From the NCBI GenBank assembly GCA_964649615.1, contig CAZYPW010000001.1, positions 33,557 through 97,556 on the forward strand: a stretch of 64,000 bases of DNA, read 5' to 3'. Every line of letters starts with the position of its first letter. The first letter of the stretch is position 1. This DNA is from an uncultured Gammaproteobacteria bacterium. Its GTDB lineage: Bacteria > Patescibacteriota > Microgenomatia > Daviesbacterales > UBA10151. Positions 26,897 to 37,505 of the stretch are shown here, piece by piece. A model generated the notes under the pieces. That model saw nothing but the letters and a program-made list of their open reading frames with translations, searched no databases and had not been told where the DNA came from. A program made the position numbers and the translations under genes.

Positions 26897-27985
26897 ATGG
26901 CTAGAAAAAAAGAAGTACAATTAGATGCTAAAAAACTGATTAAGCTTGGTAAAGATCGGGGTTTTGTGACCCAAGAAGAAATTTTGCAAGTATACCCTAA
27001 ACCTGAAGAAGATATTGAGGGTTTAGATGAGTTGTATATAAAACTAATCGGTGAAGGGATTGATGTTTTTGAAACAACAGCTGAAGAGCTTGAATCAGAA
27101 ACCAAAAGCGCTACAGAATTGGAAAAAGAGTTAGAGCTTCTATCAACCCTTGAGGAAGGTTCTGTTACAGATCCTGTCAGGCAATATTTGCGGGATATTG
27201 GTAAAATTTCCCTTTTAACTGCCCAAGATGAGATAGATTTGGCCAAAAGAGCAGAAAAAGGTGAAAAAAGAGCCCGGGATAAAATCATTTCTGCTAATTT
27301 AAGGTTGGTGGTCTCCATTGCCAAAAAGTATGTAGGCAGGGGTATGAGTTTATTGGATCTAATAGAGGAAGGAAATATTGGTTTGATGAGAGCTGTTGAT
27401 AAATATGATTGGAGAAGAGGTTATAAGTTTTCAACTTATGCCACTTGGTGGATTAGGCAAGCTATTACTCGGGCTATTGCAGACCAGGCCAGAACTATCA
27501 GGATTCCAGTCCATATGGTAGAAACTATTAATAGGTTTAATAGAACTCAAAGAAAGTTAATGCAAGAGCTGGGCAGAGAACCTACCCCTGAGGAAGTAGC
27601 AAAAGCCTTAGGTATTGATGAAACCAAGGCCCGGGAAATAATTAAAGTATCACAAGAACCCACCTCTTTGGAAACTCCAGTTGGTGATGAGGAAGATTCT
27701 CATTTGGGAGATTTTATTGCAGACCAGGGTTTGCAGCCGGATGAACAAGCCACACGTGAGCTTTTAAAAATTCACTTAGATGAAGTGTTGGATTCACTTT
27801 CACCCAGAGAAAAAAGGGTGCTGCAATTAAGATTTGGGTTAGAAGATGGCAAACAGCGAACTTTAGAAGAGGTAGGCAAAGAATTTGGGGTAACCAGAGA
27901 AAGAATTAGGCAAATTGAAGCTAAAGCAATTAGGAAACTTAAACACCCAACCAGAGCCAAAAAATTAAGGGATTATTTAGAGTAA
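26897..27985 (+). CDS. rpoD: Primary RNA polymerase sigma factor
   Basis: [36 protein letters not shown]. Confidence 0.97.
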   Translation: MARKKEVQLDAKKLIKLGKDRGFVTQEEILQVYPKPEEDIEGLDELYIKLIGEGIDVFETTAEELESETKSATELEKELELLSTLEEGSVTDPVRQYLRDIGKISLLTAQDEIDLAKRAEKGEKRARDKIISANLRLVVSIAKKYVGRGMSLLDLIEEGNIGLMRAVDKYDWRRGYKFSTYATWWIRQAITRAIADQARTIRIPVHMVETINRFNRTQRKLMQELGREPTPEEVAKALGIDETKAREIIKVSQEPTSLETPVGDEEDSHLGDFIADQGLQPDEQATRELLKIHLDEVLDSLSPREKRVLQLRFGLEDGKQRTLEEVGKEFGVTRERIRQIEAKAIRKLKHPTRAKKLRDYLE

Positions 27986-28027
27986 TCTTAGACTCTCTAC
28001 TTAAAGTATCAATTTGAATCTATCTTC

Positions 28028-28354
28028 CTAATCTAAAACTACTTCTTTCTCCCCTTTTATATATTGACGAATTAGTAAACTAATCAAGGTTTGGTAAGGG
28101 ACATTGTTTCTGTATGCTTTTGCTTTTAGTCTTATTAAATCTTTCTTTTTAACCCTTAGGGTGATGCTCCGGCTTTCTTCAAGCTCAGGATAATTCTTTA
28201 CAGCTTCATCAAGCATCTTATTAATTTCTCCAGCATTTTTTGCAGGAACATATTCATCTCTCTCAAGAGCTTCTTCAATCTCCTGCTCGTACTTATCTAA
28301 TACGAGATTTTTAAATGGGTCAAATTTTTTAGTTTTGTTCATATTTGTTTTCAT
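28028..28354 (-). CDS. BrnA/CopG-like antitoxin
   Basis: SITLRV...KAYRNNVPYQTLI. Confidence 0.75.
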   Translation of the reverse strand: MKTNMNKTKKFDPFKNLVLDKYEQEIEEALERDEYVPAKNAGEINKMLDEAVKNYPELEESRSITLRVKKKDLIRLKAKAYRNNVPYQTLISLLIRQYIKGEKEVVLD

Positions 28355-28623
28355 AAATACTTTCTTGTTAATTTTCTACTCGGATAAACTGTTTTCAAAA
28401 AAACTCTTTTTCTTTTTTTATCTATAATGTACGGTGCAACAAAAGCATATCCTCCGATATTTACAACTAAAAGTCTTTGGCCCCTGCGCCCTTTGCTTTT
28501 ATTTTCAAGATCAGTAAGTTTTTTTCCTTTTTTATAAGCCTGGATTACGTCTTGAAAGCTAACACTTCTGGTTTCTTTAAGAATTAAATCTTTTTCTTTA
28601 GAGAAATCAAATTTATGCTTCAC
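28351..28623 (-). CDS. BrnT-like toxin
   Basis: FDFSKEKDLILKETRSVSF...FLKTVYPSRK; overlaps the antitoxin. Confidence 0.75.
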   Translation of the reverse strand: MKHKFDFSKEKDLILKETRSVSFQDVIQAYKKGKKLTDLENKSKGRRGQRLLVVNIGGYAFVAPYIIDKKRKRVFLKTVYPSRKLTRKYL

Positions 28624-28662
28624 CTATATATTATACTCTTTGTACATACTTTGTCAATACAT

Positions 28663-28730
28663 AAAATGAAGCTAAGTTCGAATAAGCAAATCTTGCGATC
28701 CTTCGGATCTAAAGAACTATCTGGCTCCCC
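28663..28730 (+). repeat. Outer att-like repeat (tRNA-Asn 3' end plus flank)
   Basis: AAAATGAAGCTAAGTTCGA...AAGAACTATCTGGCTCCCC also at 39003-39042; this copy has an extra hairpin-containing segment. Confidence 0.8.
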
Positions 28731-28858
28731 TGAGTTGGAGCGCTTAGGACTAGCACTATTAGAATCAGAGGATGAATTCGAGCCTATCTTTATTTAATGT
28801 ATATTAACCTGGCTAGTACTTTTTATTTATAGGCATGTTATTGTATTATTTGACAAAC

Positions 28859-30319
28859 ATGACAACCCAACTCCCTTTAATAGGCCAAAATTATGAGTCT
28901 GAAAATATTGAGAACAAAACTGTCGCTGAAGGTGAGGTACCACAGGATTTATGGGAACCAATATCTGCATTCAGTAATGCTGATGGTGGCCACATACGGC
29001 TAGGGGTTGATGGTAGTGGAAATAGGATTGGCGTTCCTCAGGAAAAAATCGAAAAACTACAAACGGATGTTATTACCTTATGTAGTTCAGGATTTAATCA
29101 TAGATTATACCCGGATTTAACTGTAGATCAGGATAATGTAATAAATGTGTACATTCCTCCCGCACCTGCTTCACTAAGACCAATATATTCAACTAGTCGA
29201 GGCGTTCCAAGAGGTGGTCGGGTTCGTGTTGGCCCTTCAAATGTTCAACTGGATGATGAATGGTTACGTCGTTTTGCTATTCAGGCTAGTGGTGGAGCAG
29301 AGTTACTAGTGTTCCCTGGAGACTATGAACAACATTTGGACACAAGTGCAATAAACAGATATTTAGAAGCTGTGAGAAAAAAGCGAGGGAACGTATATGT
29401 AAACTTATCTATTCAGGAAATTCTTTTAAAACTTAGGGCTATTACACCCGAAGGCATGGTTACTTTATTTGGCTTACTAGCTTTTAGCACACCGACCGCC
29501 TTACAAGAATTAACAGCCCCAACTGTCAATGTTGCAGTTACACAATATGCGGGCACAAATAAAGTAAATCCTAATGATATTGCGGAGGTTAGCTTAGATG
29601 ATAAAGAGTTTTCTGGAAATGTAGTTTCTCAATTTGAGAACGCTTTAAAATTTATATCATCTAAATTACCTACAAGAAGCAGGATAGATCCAGAAGGAAA
29701 AAGACAAGATTACCTTGCTATTCCCACATTAGCTCTTCGTGAAACTCTAGCTAATGCTCTTGTTCACAGAGATTATACTTCTACTGGAGGCAGGGTTCAG
29801 ATCGATTTATATACAGATCGTATTGAGTTTGCTAATCCGGGGAGAAGCTTAATACCCCTTGAGTTACTTGAGACGGCACATCCCCAGACACGTAATCCCC
29901 TCCTTATGAGCTATCTAAGAGATTTAGATATCACTGAACACAGAGGAAGAGGCATTAGAACCATTAAAACCTCGCTTAAATCAGCAGGGCTTGCAGAGCC
30001 AACATTTATCCATAAGCATGATTGGTTTGTGGCAACAATTTTCAGCTCCGCTTTCATTAAAGACGCTGATCAAATATGGTTACAACAATTCCAAGATCAG
30101 AAGTTAAGCGAACATCAATTAAATGCCCTCGTTCATGTTAAACATAACCCAAGTGGAATCAGCAATTCTGAATACAGAAACCTAAACAATATGACAAACG
30201 TCAGAGACGACATCAGGGCTAAAAAGGAATTAGCTAAGTTAACAAAACTTGGGTTATTCAACAAGGTAGGAGAAAATCGTTATCGTCGATACATACTAAA
30301 CCCAGAATTAACAGAATAA
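28859..30319 (+). CDS. Schlafen/AlbA_2 + HATPase_c_4 (RecG-C-like) + HTH protein
   Basis: ISAFSNADGGHIRLGV, ALRETLANALVHRDY, RNPLL, EHRGRGI. Confidence 0.85.
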   Translation: MTTQLPLIGQNYESENIENKTVAEGEVPQDLWEPISAFSNADGGHIRLGVDGSGNRIGVPQEKIEKLQTDVITLCSSGFNHRLYPDLTVDQDNVINVYIPPAPASLRPIYSTSRGVPRGGRVRVGPSNVQLDDEWLRRFAIQASGGAELLVFPGDYEQHLDTSAINRYLEAVRKKRGNVYVNLSIQEILLKLRAITPEGMVTLFGLLAFSTPTALQELTAPTVNVAVTQYAGTNKVNPNDIAEVSLDDKEFSGNVVSQFENALKFISSKLPTRSRIDPEGKRQDYLAIPTLALRETLANALVHRDYTSTGGRVQIDLYTDRIEFANPGRSLIPLELLETAHPQTRNPLLMSYLRDLDITEHRGRGIRTIKTSLKSAGLAEPTFIHKHDWFVATIFSSAFIKDADQIWLQQFQDQKLSEHQLNALVHVKHNPSGISNSEYRNLNNMTNVRDDIRAKKELAKLTKLGLFNKVGENRYRRYILNPELTE

Positions 30320-30426
30320 TTCTATCGACCTTTCTATCGACCCCCTCCTTATATGTGAAGAGCCGCCAAATGCGCTACAACGCCTTTTAGCCTTCTATCG
30401 ACCTTTCTATCGACTTTCTATCGACC
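30320..30426 (+). repeat. Five copies of TTCTATCGAC
   Basis: Copies at 30320, 30332, 30393, 30405, 30416. Confidence 0.85.
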
Positions 30427-30555
30427 ATATTAACGAAGTTTAAGTGGTTACGGTTCATTACTCATTGCACACCCCAGAGTGTGGTAGGTAGACACCCTCT
30501 TTACAGCAAAAAGTGTTGTAAAAGTTTAATTTTAAGAGTAATATGATAAAAATCA

Positions 30556-30810
30556 ATGAAAAAATTACTTATTAACTTACTTCTTGGAATCTTTGTTTTC
30601 TCTATCCTTACCCCAATCAGCGTGGAGGCTGCTTCCAGAGTTAAAGGTTATACCAAGAAAAACGGCGCTTATGTTGCGCCCCACTACAGAAGCTCCCCTA
30701 ATAAATCAAAATTTGATAACTTCAGTACCAAAGGTAACTATAATCCATATACTGGTAAAAAGGGTACAGTAAATCCTTATAAATTCACACCCAAAAAATA
30801 CAAACGGTAG
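30556..30810 (+). CDS. Small secreted basic protein
   Basis: Signal peptide; VKGYTKKNGAYVAPHYRSSPN...NPYTGKKG. Confidence 0.75.
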   Translation: MKKLLINLLLGIFVFSILTPISVEAASRVKGYTKKNGAYVAPHYRSSPNKSKFDNFSTKGNYNPYTGKKGTVNPYKFTPKKYKR

Positions 30811-30884
30811 TTGCTCCCCCGCGTGGATAATACACCCTCTGCTTCGCAGAGCCGAACAGCTAGCTTCTTACGAAGCGGCGCAGA

Positions 30885-32456
30885 TCAAACCACAGTTGAG
30901 GAAAAATTTTGACTTTTTGACGCAAGATCAAACGTCAAAATTTGCTCCCTTTGTAGGGAATTACCCGAATGAATAACAGGCTCATTTTTGGAAGGTTTCT
31001 TCAATATATCTTTCACTTCTGGTGATAGAATGGCATTTACAATCTTGCCTTTTTTAACTAAGAATCTTTCCCAGAATAAACCAAGGTAAAATCTTTTAAG
31101 CACTGGTTCTGCGTCCTCATAAGCCTGTCCTATATCTTGAGCTAGAGCTAATAGGCGTTGCACCACCTTTAATGACCTTTCATGGTTAGCTGTAACTTGA
31201 TTGAGTTGGTTTTTAATGCCTTTCAGATCAGCTTCATAACGAGGGTATATTCTTTGAAAACCTTCTGCGCTTAGAGTTTTGTGAATTAACCAGTTGTCCT
31301 CTGCTTCCCTCATAGCTGCCTCAATCTTTGACTGGCGGTTAATAAGAGTTTGAGATTCATTATCACTATTTTGTCTAAAATCTTCCAGGATATGCTTAGC
31401 TCTTTCTACCAGATCCTTAGCATAAGACTCACTAATTTGGATAGCATGAAACCAATCCTGTACTTCCTTCTCAAGGTCAGCTACTGTAACATAACTGCCC
31501 TTGCTACAGGTCTTACAATAATAATGTTCAAATATAAGACCATTCTTTTTAACATGCTTATCAGCCCAAAGCCTCCTATTACAAATAGCACAAAAGACAA
31601 AACCTCTTAAAAGGTAATTATGAACCCTTTGTCTGGAAGCATTTTGATTATGGGCAGTCATTACCTCTTGGCATAAATTAAAGGTTGCTTCATCTATTAG
31701 TGGGACATGCTCACCTCTATAAATTACCCCCTTCCAAGGCACTTTTCCAATATAAAGTGGGTCTCTAAGACAATACGCTAAAAGGCTGACTCCAACCTGA
31801 CCTCCTGTAGTTGATCTTAGCCCTAGTTCATAAAGGTGGTTTGACAATGCTTGTACAGAAAAGTTGCCAGTAGAATAGAGTTTGAAGGCTTGAGTCAAAT
31901 AAGTTCCTTTATCTGGGTCTACGCCAATAATCCTTTGGTCAAACTTGCTGATAGGTTTTTCGTTGAATACATTGATATAACCAATTTTGGGTTTACCAGG
32001 ATAGTAACCAGCCTTAGCTTTTTCCTCCATCACCTTTGATACTTTTCTGCCTGTAATTTGAGATTGGAAAGCATTAACGCCTGCAAGAATCGTATCAATC
32101 AAATTACCTTCTGCACTATCATCAATCATCAATTGGTTTATTGAGATAAGTTGAGTATTAGCCTTTTTCAAAAGAGCCTTAATAGTAAGATGATCTAGGG
32201 TATCACGGGCTAATCTATCCGTATCTAAAACCAAAATATAGTCTACATCGCCATCCTGAACCCTCCCTAGCATGTCTTTTAGACCAGCTCTGTTCATATT
32301 AGTGGCTGACTTACCTTCATCTTTATAAACCCCTATGATGGTCGTATCGTTATCTTCCGCCCATCTTCTGCATCTGTTTATTTGGGTATCAATAGAAAGA
32401 CCCTCTTCGGCCTGCTCATCAGTGGATACTCGTGAGTAAATTAAGGCTTTTTTCAT
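30885..32456 (-). CDS. Large serine recombinase
   Basis: YSRVSTDEQ catalytic motif, DRLARD, recombinase domain, Zn ribbon LLRGFVFCAIC, coiled coil. Confidence 0.93.
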   Translation of the reverse strand: MKKALIYSRVSTDEQAEEGLSIDTQINRCRRWAEDNDTTIIGVYKDEGKSATNMNRAGLKDMLGRVQDGDVDYILVLDTDRLARDTLDHLTIKALLKKANTQLISINQLMIDDSAEGNLIDTILAGVNAFQSQITGRKVSKVMEEKAKAGYYPGKPKIGYINVFNEKPISKFDQRIIGVDPDKGTYLTQAFKLYSTGNFSVQALSNHLYELGLRSTTGGQVGVSLLAYCLRDPLYIGKVPWKGVIYRGEHVPLIDEATFNLCQEVMTAHNQNASRQRVHNYLLRGFVFCAICNRRLWADKHVKKNGLIFEHYYCKTCSKGSYVTVADLEKEVQDWFHAIQISESYAKDLVERAKHILEDFRQNSDNESQTLINRQSKIEAAMREAEDNWLIHKTLSAEGFQRIYPRYEADLKGIKNQLNQVTANHERSLKVVQRLLALAQDIGQAYEDAEPVLKRFYLGLFWERFLVKKGKIVNAILSPEVKDILKKPSKNEPVIHSGNSLQREQILTFDLASKSQNFSSTVV

Positions 32457-32632
32457 ATCCCACCTTTCTTTATAAGATCAAGTAGCTGGTTCTCCTCGTA
32501 TCTGCGGTGCTTTCCGCTGCCGATTCTTATTGCTTTCAATCTACCACTTTTGTCCCAACGCCTAAGGGTTAGAGGTGTTACTCCAAGTAGTTGAGCTGCC
32601 TGTTTAATGTTTAAAAGTTTATAATCAGTCAT
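32453..32632 (-). CDS. MerR-type HTH (excisionase/RDF-like), absent from the ORF track
   Basis: MTDYKLLNIKQAAQLLGVTPLTLRRWDKSGRLKAIRIGSGKHRRY (59 aa); ATGA overlap with the recombinase. Confidence 0.85.
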   Translation of the reverse strand: MTDYKLLNIKQAAQLLGVTPLTLRRWDKSGRLKAIRIGSGKHRRYEENQLLDLIKKGGI

Positions 32633-32891
32633 CTTAATCTACCTTAATCAATATTTATCATTGGTGTCAAGATACCAAAGTATCTAACATCAGAGTATTT
32701 AATGTGTTCAAAATGTGTAGTTTGATTCGTCTCATATTTATTCTTATATATTGTCATTTAAATCTTTAACACCAAGGGCGGATGGCGGTAATAATTTACT
32801 TTGTACAAGTAAGATAGTTGCTAATCTTTTAGCAAAAAGGTCTTTCCTACCATGGTCTGGTGTTTTACCAGAAGTTGCAGCAGGAATCCTC

Positions 32892-34085
32892 TTACTTTTC
32901 ATCTTCGGCAACCCCTTCCGCTTTGTCCTCTACTTCCTGATCTATAAGTATATAGAGCTTTTTATTGCCTTGAACTACATAATCTATCTTCCTTAATTCT
33001 AGAAGCTCTCTTGCGGCGTTTTTGACTGTCGTAGACCCATACTTACCAGTTGGTGTTAATTTTTGGATTATTTCTGTTTGGCTCTGAATACCTGATTCTA
33101 AAAGAGATAAGATATCCTCTTTAGCCTGATCAACTTTTTCTACCTCAGACTCAAGGAAATCTAAAAACTTGAAGCCTGTATCGCCATCTGTAAAAGTGGG
33201 AAATTTAACCAAAAAGGATTCTATCGGCTTATCTGATCTTAAAGCGGCCTGGGTGATTTTGAGTGTTAGATCATCTTTTCTTTCAACGATTAAAAGGCAA
33301 TCTAGCATGGCCAAGATGTCACTTGAGCCTCTTAACTTATCTCCAGCTTCCCTCTTAAAAAATCCTTCCTTTCCATGGTGATGAATGAATATTATGCTGA
33401 CACCCAACTCAAGCAATATCTTAAATCTATATTGAACTTCGGCAATTACCTGTGAGCTATTCTCTTCCCCCTTAAAAATGCGTCTAAAACTGTCAACGAT
33501 GATTACCTTTATATTTTTATCTTGAATAATTTTGATAACTTCATTCATAAATCTATCTGTGTCTAGAAATAATTTGGTATCCGTACAGAAATAAATGGGT
33601 AATGTTTGATTATCAGTAAGTAGTTTAATCCTCTCTTGAATCAGTTTTTGAGGGTCTTCTTTACTGATAAACAAAACTGCGCTTTGTTGAGTTTCAAATT
33701 CATCCAAAAACTTTGCTCCTAATGCTAAACAGATCGCCAAATAGAGTGCCCAGAAACTCTTACCAACTTTTGGTTTTCCAGATATACAGGTAATTCCGTT
33801 GTCTGGTACTAAACGATCAACGATCCATTTATTGGGAGGGAAATCTTTTTGCCTAAGTTCCTCTAGAGAAACTACATCCAGGGTGGGAGTATTATTGGTC
33901 AATGGGTCATTACTATATATACTCTGACTTGTTGACTGGGACGGATCAGCTTCAACAGGTAGCTGGGCAGAACCATTTGTTGAATTAGATGTAGGTTGGT
34001 CTTCTTTCTCCTGCTCTGATAAATAGTGACTTAGTTCGTCAATTTCTTTATTACTAAGTTGTTCCTCATCCATATCAGCCTCCAT
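32892..34085 (-). CDS. AAA_25/RepA-like (SF4) helicase with C-terminal wHTH
   Basis: GKPKVGKS Walker A, IIVDSF, IHHHGK, LRGSS. Confidence 0.85.
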   Translation of the reverse strand: MEADMDEEQLSNKEIDELSHYLSEQEKEDQPTSNSTNGSAQLPVEADPSQSTSQSIYSNDPLTNNTPTLDVVSLEELRQKDFPPNKWIVDRLVPDNGITCISGKPKVGKSFWALYLAICLALGAKFLDEFETQQSAVLFISKEDPQKLIQERIKLLTDNQTLPIYFCTDTKLFLDTDRFMNEVIKIIQDKNIKVIIVDSFRRIFKGEENSSQVIAEVQYRFKILLELGVSIIFIHHHGKEGFFKREAGDKLRGSSDILAMLDCLLIVERKDDLTLKITQAALRSDKPIESFLVKFPTFTDGDTGFKFLDFLESEVEKVDQAKEDILSLLESGIQSQTEIIQKLTPTGKYGSTTVKNAARELLELRKIDYVVQGNKKLYILIDQEVEDKAEGVAEDEK

Positions 34086-34317
34086 ATATCCTGCTTTTTA
34101 GAAATCTTTGAGCTTCCCAAAATGAATTAGGTTCAACCTTTAAAGTCCGTTGCCAAAACAGCTCTATAATTTGTTGGAGTTCTTTTGTTTGAGGGAATAT
34201 AAAAATGGATTTACCCTCTGGAGTTTTCTCAATAGAATCAAGTGAAATACCTAAACTAATTAAAGTAGCTGCGACAGGTAACGAAACAGTTTCATAGTAA
34301 GTCTCATTTTTATTCAT
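34075..34317 (-). CDS. Small protein (DUF5659-like)
   Basis: YETVSLPVAATLISLG...FIFP...FWQRTLKVEP; coupled to the helicase gene. Confidence 0.6.
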   Translation of the reverse strand: MNKNETYYETVSLPVAATLISLGISLDSIEKTPEGKSIFIFPQTKELQQIIELFWQRTLKVEPNSFWEAQRFLKSRIYGG

Positions 34318-34419
34318 GATCTAATTTTCGATCTTTTAGAGGGGGATGAATATGGAATAATTTTAGATTTTGAGGCTAATTTATAAGCAAAAAGGGGATA
34401 TTAGGGGAAAAGATAATTC

Positions 34420-35253
34420 CTATGTCCTAGTGACTTCACAATCTAACATATAACCACTAGGGGTAGTAGTTATGCTCTCACTCCCAAGTTTACGCTTTAT
34501 TGCCTTAATTGCATCCTTAACTCTATCTTTGGGTGATGAGCTGTCAGCATGTTGTCTTAATGTTTTAAGACAAGCAACAAGCTCTCCTGAAAGATATGGG
34601 GTTTTAGGATTAGCAGCTAGGTGCGTTATTAAATTATATTCAGTTGTATCTCTACGAAATTGGGCTGTTGTCTCTTTGCCCTCCTTTGAAGTAAATCTAA
34701 ACTCCCCTGTACGCAAGTTTATTGTCAATTTGGGAAAATTATTAGATGATGCTTCATTAAACTTTTTAGCTTGTACCCCAGTCTCCTTTATAAATTTTTG
34801 ATCTTCATTCTTAATGGTTAGTCTATAATCTTCACATGCTTCCAAGGCTTTTTTTAAAATGATTACCTCTTGACTTGATAAAGAAACCTTTGGTTCTCCA
34901 TTTTTGATATAAATTTCTTCTACTTGTGAGGCAAATTTCACCACCCTAGGTCTAATATCTTGTTCCCAAACATCACCACTTTCCTCACTAATTGAGCCTT
35001 CTAGGTTCTCTACAGGTCTTAAGTAATCATTAACAAGTTTTATTAATTCAGAATCTTTTGAGAACTCATTCTTTATATACCCTAGTAAGTCCTCTATTAA
35101 AATACATAGGTGTAAATAGCTTTTGTTCAGTATGGGTGAAGCTACAACAATAAACTCTCCTGATTCAAATTGGGTTTTTAGAAGGTAGATCAGTATCTGA
35201 TAGTATTCTTTGAGCCGATATAGAGCATCATCTTTATTCATTTTTATTTTCAT
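34420..35253 (-). CDS. Hypothetical protein with C-terminal winged helix
   Basis: EYNLITHLAANP...IKAIKRKLG...GYML. Confidence 0.6.
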   Translation of the reverse strand: MKIKMNKDDALYRLKEYYQILIYLLKTQFESGEFIVVASPILNKSYLHLCILIEDLLGYIKNEFSKDSELIKLVNDYLRPVENLEGSISEESGDVWEQDIRPRVVKFASQVEEIYIKNGEPKVSLSSQEVIILKKALEACEDYRLTIKNEDQKFIKETGVQAKKFNEASSNNFPKLTINLRTGEFRFTSKEGKETTAQFRRDTTEYNLITHLAANPKTPYLSGELVACLKTLRQHADSSSPKDRVKDAIKAIKRKLGSESITTTPSGYMLDCEVTRT

Positions 35254-35529
35254 TCTTATATTTAGGCCTAATTCTACAATAGAATAAAAAATTAGGTTGT
35301 GTAAGCAGAAGTTCTACTATTTTGGCTTATAAATAAGAAAAAAAATAACATTTATATAATAGTTTAGCTATAAATATATGTTTTATTGATACTAAAAATA
35401 TGTACACTTAACATCTTTGATAAGCTCAAAGATATACTTACTTTGTAAACTATTTATGAAAATTCTCACAGTGTAGCAAAGAGTGTTATGGCAACTATTT
35501 CAAGGGTGAATTTCCATCTGTACCACCCC

Positions 35530-35994
35530 CTAAAAGGCGAATCCCAATTGTTCTGATGCCCAAAGAAACCCTAAAATTCCGCCAAAAATTAAAAAGGATA
35601 AAGCCATCTTATCATTACTTCGCAAACCTTCTTTCCCAAAAAATAGTTCCACCACAAATACGGGAACAAGCATTGTAACAACTCCAAACCAAAAAAATAC
35701 AAAAGACAAGACAAAAGCAGCAATATTTCCTATCGGAAAGGTGCTATTAATCAAAGACCTCTCTTCTCGAAAAATGTACCAATTTATTATTATTCCACCC
35801 ACTAAGGCCATAATTAAAGATGCTTTAAAAAGTATTTTTGTAGAATTAAGTTGTTGCTCCTTAATTTTAACTTCTGTCGCTTCACCCACATTATGAGTAT
35901 GCTTAGTAAAATTATCAGTTGTAATTATCCTATTTGCTTTATATCTAAAAGAAGGATTAATGATTCGTTTATTCATATAGATATGTCGTAGCAA
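35530..35994 (-). CDS. Hypothetical membrane protein
   Basis: Three hydrophobic segments. Confidence 0.5.
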   Translation of the reverse strand: MLRHIYMNKRIINPSFRYKANRIITTDNFTKHTHNVGEATEVKIKEQQLNSTKILFKASLIMALVGGIIINWYIFREERSLINSTFPIGNIAAFVLSFVFFWFGVVTMLVPVFVVELFFGKEGLRSNDKMALSFLIFGGILGFLWASEQLGFAF

Positions 35995-36082
35995 CTACCT
36001 GCCAGTTTATTCTCTGCTAGATTATCTTGATAATATACTCTAAGTCATTCAAAAAGCAAGATATATCTAGTAAAGATTTCTC

Positions 36083-36115
36083 TAGCAATCTACTAAGTTA
36101 GTAGGTGGATTGCTA
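36083..36115. promoter_or_regulatory. Inverted repeat abutting the XRE start (candidate operator)
   Basis: TAGCAATC...GATTGCTA enclosing CTACT-AAGTT-AGTAG. Confidence 0.45.
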
Positions 36116-36327
36116 TGAACTATAATTTTCTTTATAAAAATCTTGCTGGAAATATAGAAAAACTAAGAAAAGAGAAGGGAATGACGCAAGAGAAATTGGC
36201 GGAAAAGGCTGGATTGCATAGAGCCTACTTTTGGGATATTGAAAATGGCAGGAATATATCAATCAAAACTGCTTATAAAATCGCCCATGCTCTCGGAGTA
36301 AAGCTATCAGAGCTGTTTAATTTTTAA
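36115..36327 (+). CDS. XRE-family HTH regulator (controller-protein-like)
   Basis: LRKEKGMTQEKLAEKAGLHRAYFWDIENG. Confidence 0.9.
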   Translation: MNYNFLYKNLAGNIEKLRKEKGMTQEKLAEKAGLHRAYFWDIENGRNISIKTAYKIAHALGVKLSELFNF

Positions 36328-36379
36328 CCTTCACCCCCTGCTGGATCGGTAATTTTCTCTCTGTTATACTCGCAGTAAT

Positions 36380-37501
36380 ATGATTAGGAATTTTAAACCT
36401 AATAAAAATCCTCCTCTTTCTGGATTGGATCGTATTAGGGCATATAACCAAAATCAAAAAATTTGGGAATATCTCAAGCGGTATCAAAGTAATAGTTTTG
36501 TTCAGAAAAAGTTGAGGAGAGAGATAACTAGAAATAGAGGACAAATAAATTTAAAAGCAGCCCAAATATCCTCTTTAATGGTTCAGAGCGAAAAATACTA
36601 TGAAGCAGCTGTTAATGCACCTTTAGAAATTAAGCCCCTTATTCTGTATTACGGAATGGTGGGATTGTCCAAATCTCTTATTCTTTCTGGAGATAATACC
36701 TACACTCTATCAGCACTAGCACCTGATAATAGAGATCATTCAACTCATGGATTAAAGTTTGGTACTCAAAACCCCAATGATATATCTATTAGAGATGGAA
36801 AAAGAATATCAAATGAGTTTTGTTATGCAGCAACTTCACCAACAAGAATCGGATTATACAATTTATTAAGAGCTTGTTACTCAAATACTCCTATACCAAA
36901 TGATACTCGTGTTGCTATACAGGACTTACTTTCCCTCGTACCTGAAATTTATAAAGAATATCGTGCTTACTTTAAGCAAAAACCTCGCTCTTGGGGAGCT
37001 GATGCTCATTTTGGGGTAAATAATATTAACGATACAATACAGTTGATAGTATTTGAGGATTGGTACTACCATACTCAACAAATTAACAGAAGAGAAAGAT
37101 ACCCAAATAGTATTCTAAGAAATTTCCCAGAGCTTAGTACGCTTTATACAAGAGAACCAAACTCAGATGATAAGTTCAGACTTAATAATAATGCGGTAAG
37201 CATTGATGACTATATTTATGTTAGTCAGCTTATGACTTTAGAATCTTTTGCACTTAAAAGATTAAATGGTTTTAGTGTGTCAGACATAGATATACACTTT
37301 ATTTTAATGTATATCCTAAGTAATTTAGTACGTTATAGACAAGACAAGTGGTCAAGGCTTATCAGAAGATTAGATAATGATGAAATGTTTTTAATTGAAA
37401 GTTTTATTGAAATATCTTCCGTTAAATTTCCTTATGTAATTTTAAGAGAACTAGATAATATTGATTATGTTTTTACAGGACAGGTTGCTACCTGGAGCTG
37501 A
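36380..37501 (+). CDS. YaaC-like protein
   Basis: KPLILYYG, HGL, YILSNLVRY...W motifs. Confidence 0.7.
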   Translation: MIRNFKPNKNPPLSGLDRIRAYNQNQKIWEYLKRYQSNSFVQKKLRREITRNRGQINLKAAQISSLMVQSEKYYEAAVNAPLEIKPLILYYGMVGLSKSLILSGDNTYTLSALAPDNRDHSTHGLKFGTQNPNDISIRDGKRISNEFCYAATSPTRIGLYNLLRACYSNTPIPNDTRVAIQDLLSLVPEIYKEYRAYFKQKPRSWGADAHFGVNNINDTIQLIVFEDWYYHTQQINRRERYPNSILRNFPELSTLYTREPNSDDKFRLNNNAVSIDDYIYVSQLMTLESFALKRLNGFSVSDIDIHFILMYILSNLVRYRQDKWSRLIRRLDNDEMFLIESFIEISSVKFPYVILRELDNIDYVFTGQVATWS

Positions 37502-37505
37502 TCCG

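Noticed and set aside
26563-27324. 253-aa minus-strand ORF and similar antisense ORFs within 3604-7377 and 46306-48651
   Set aside because: Antisense shadows of well-supported genes, with Ser/Leu-rich composition and no motifs.
28615-28797. 60-aa ORF across the outer att repeat
   Set aside because: Spans the TA promoter region and att remnant, with no recognisable motif.
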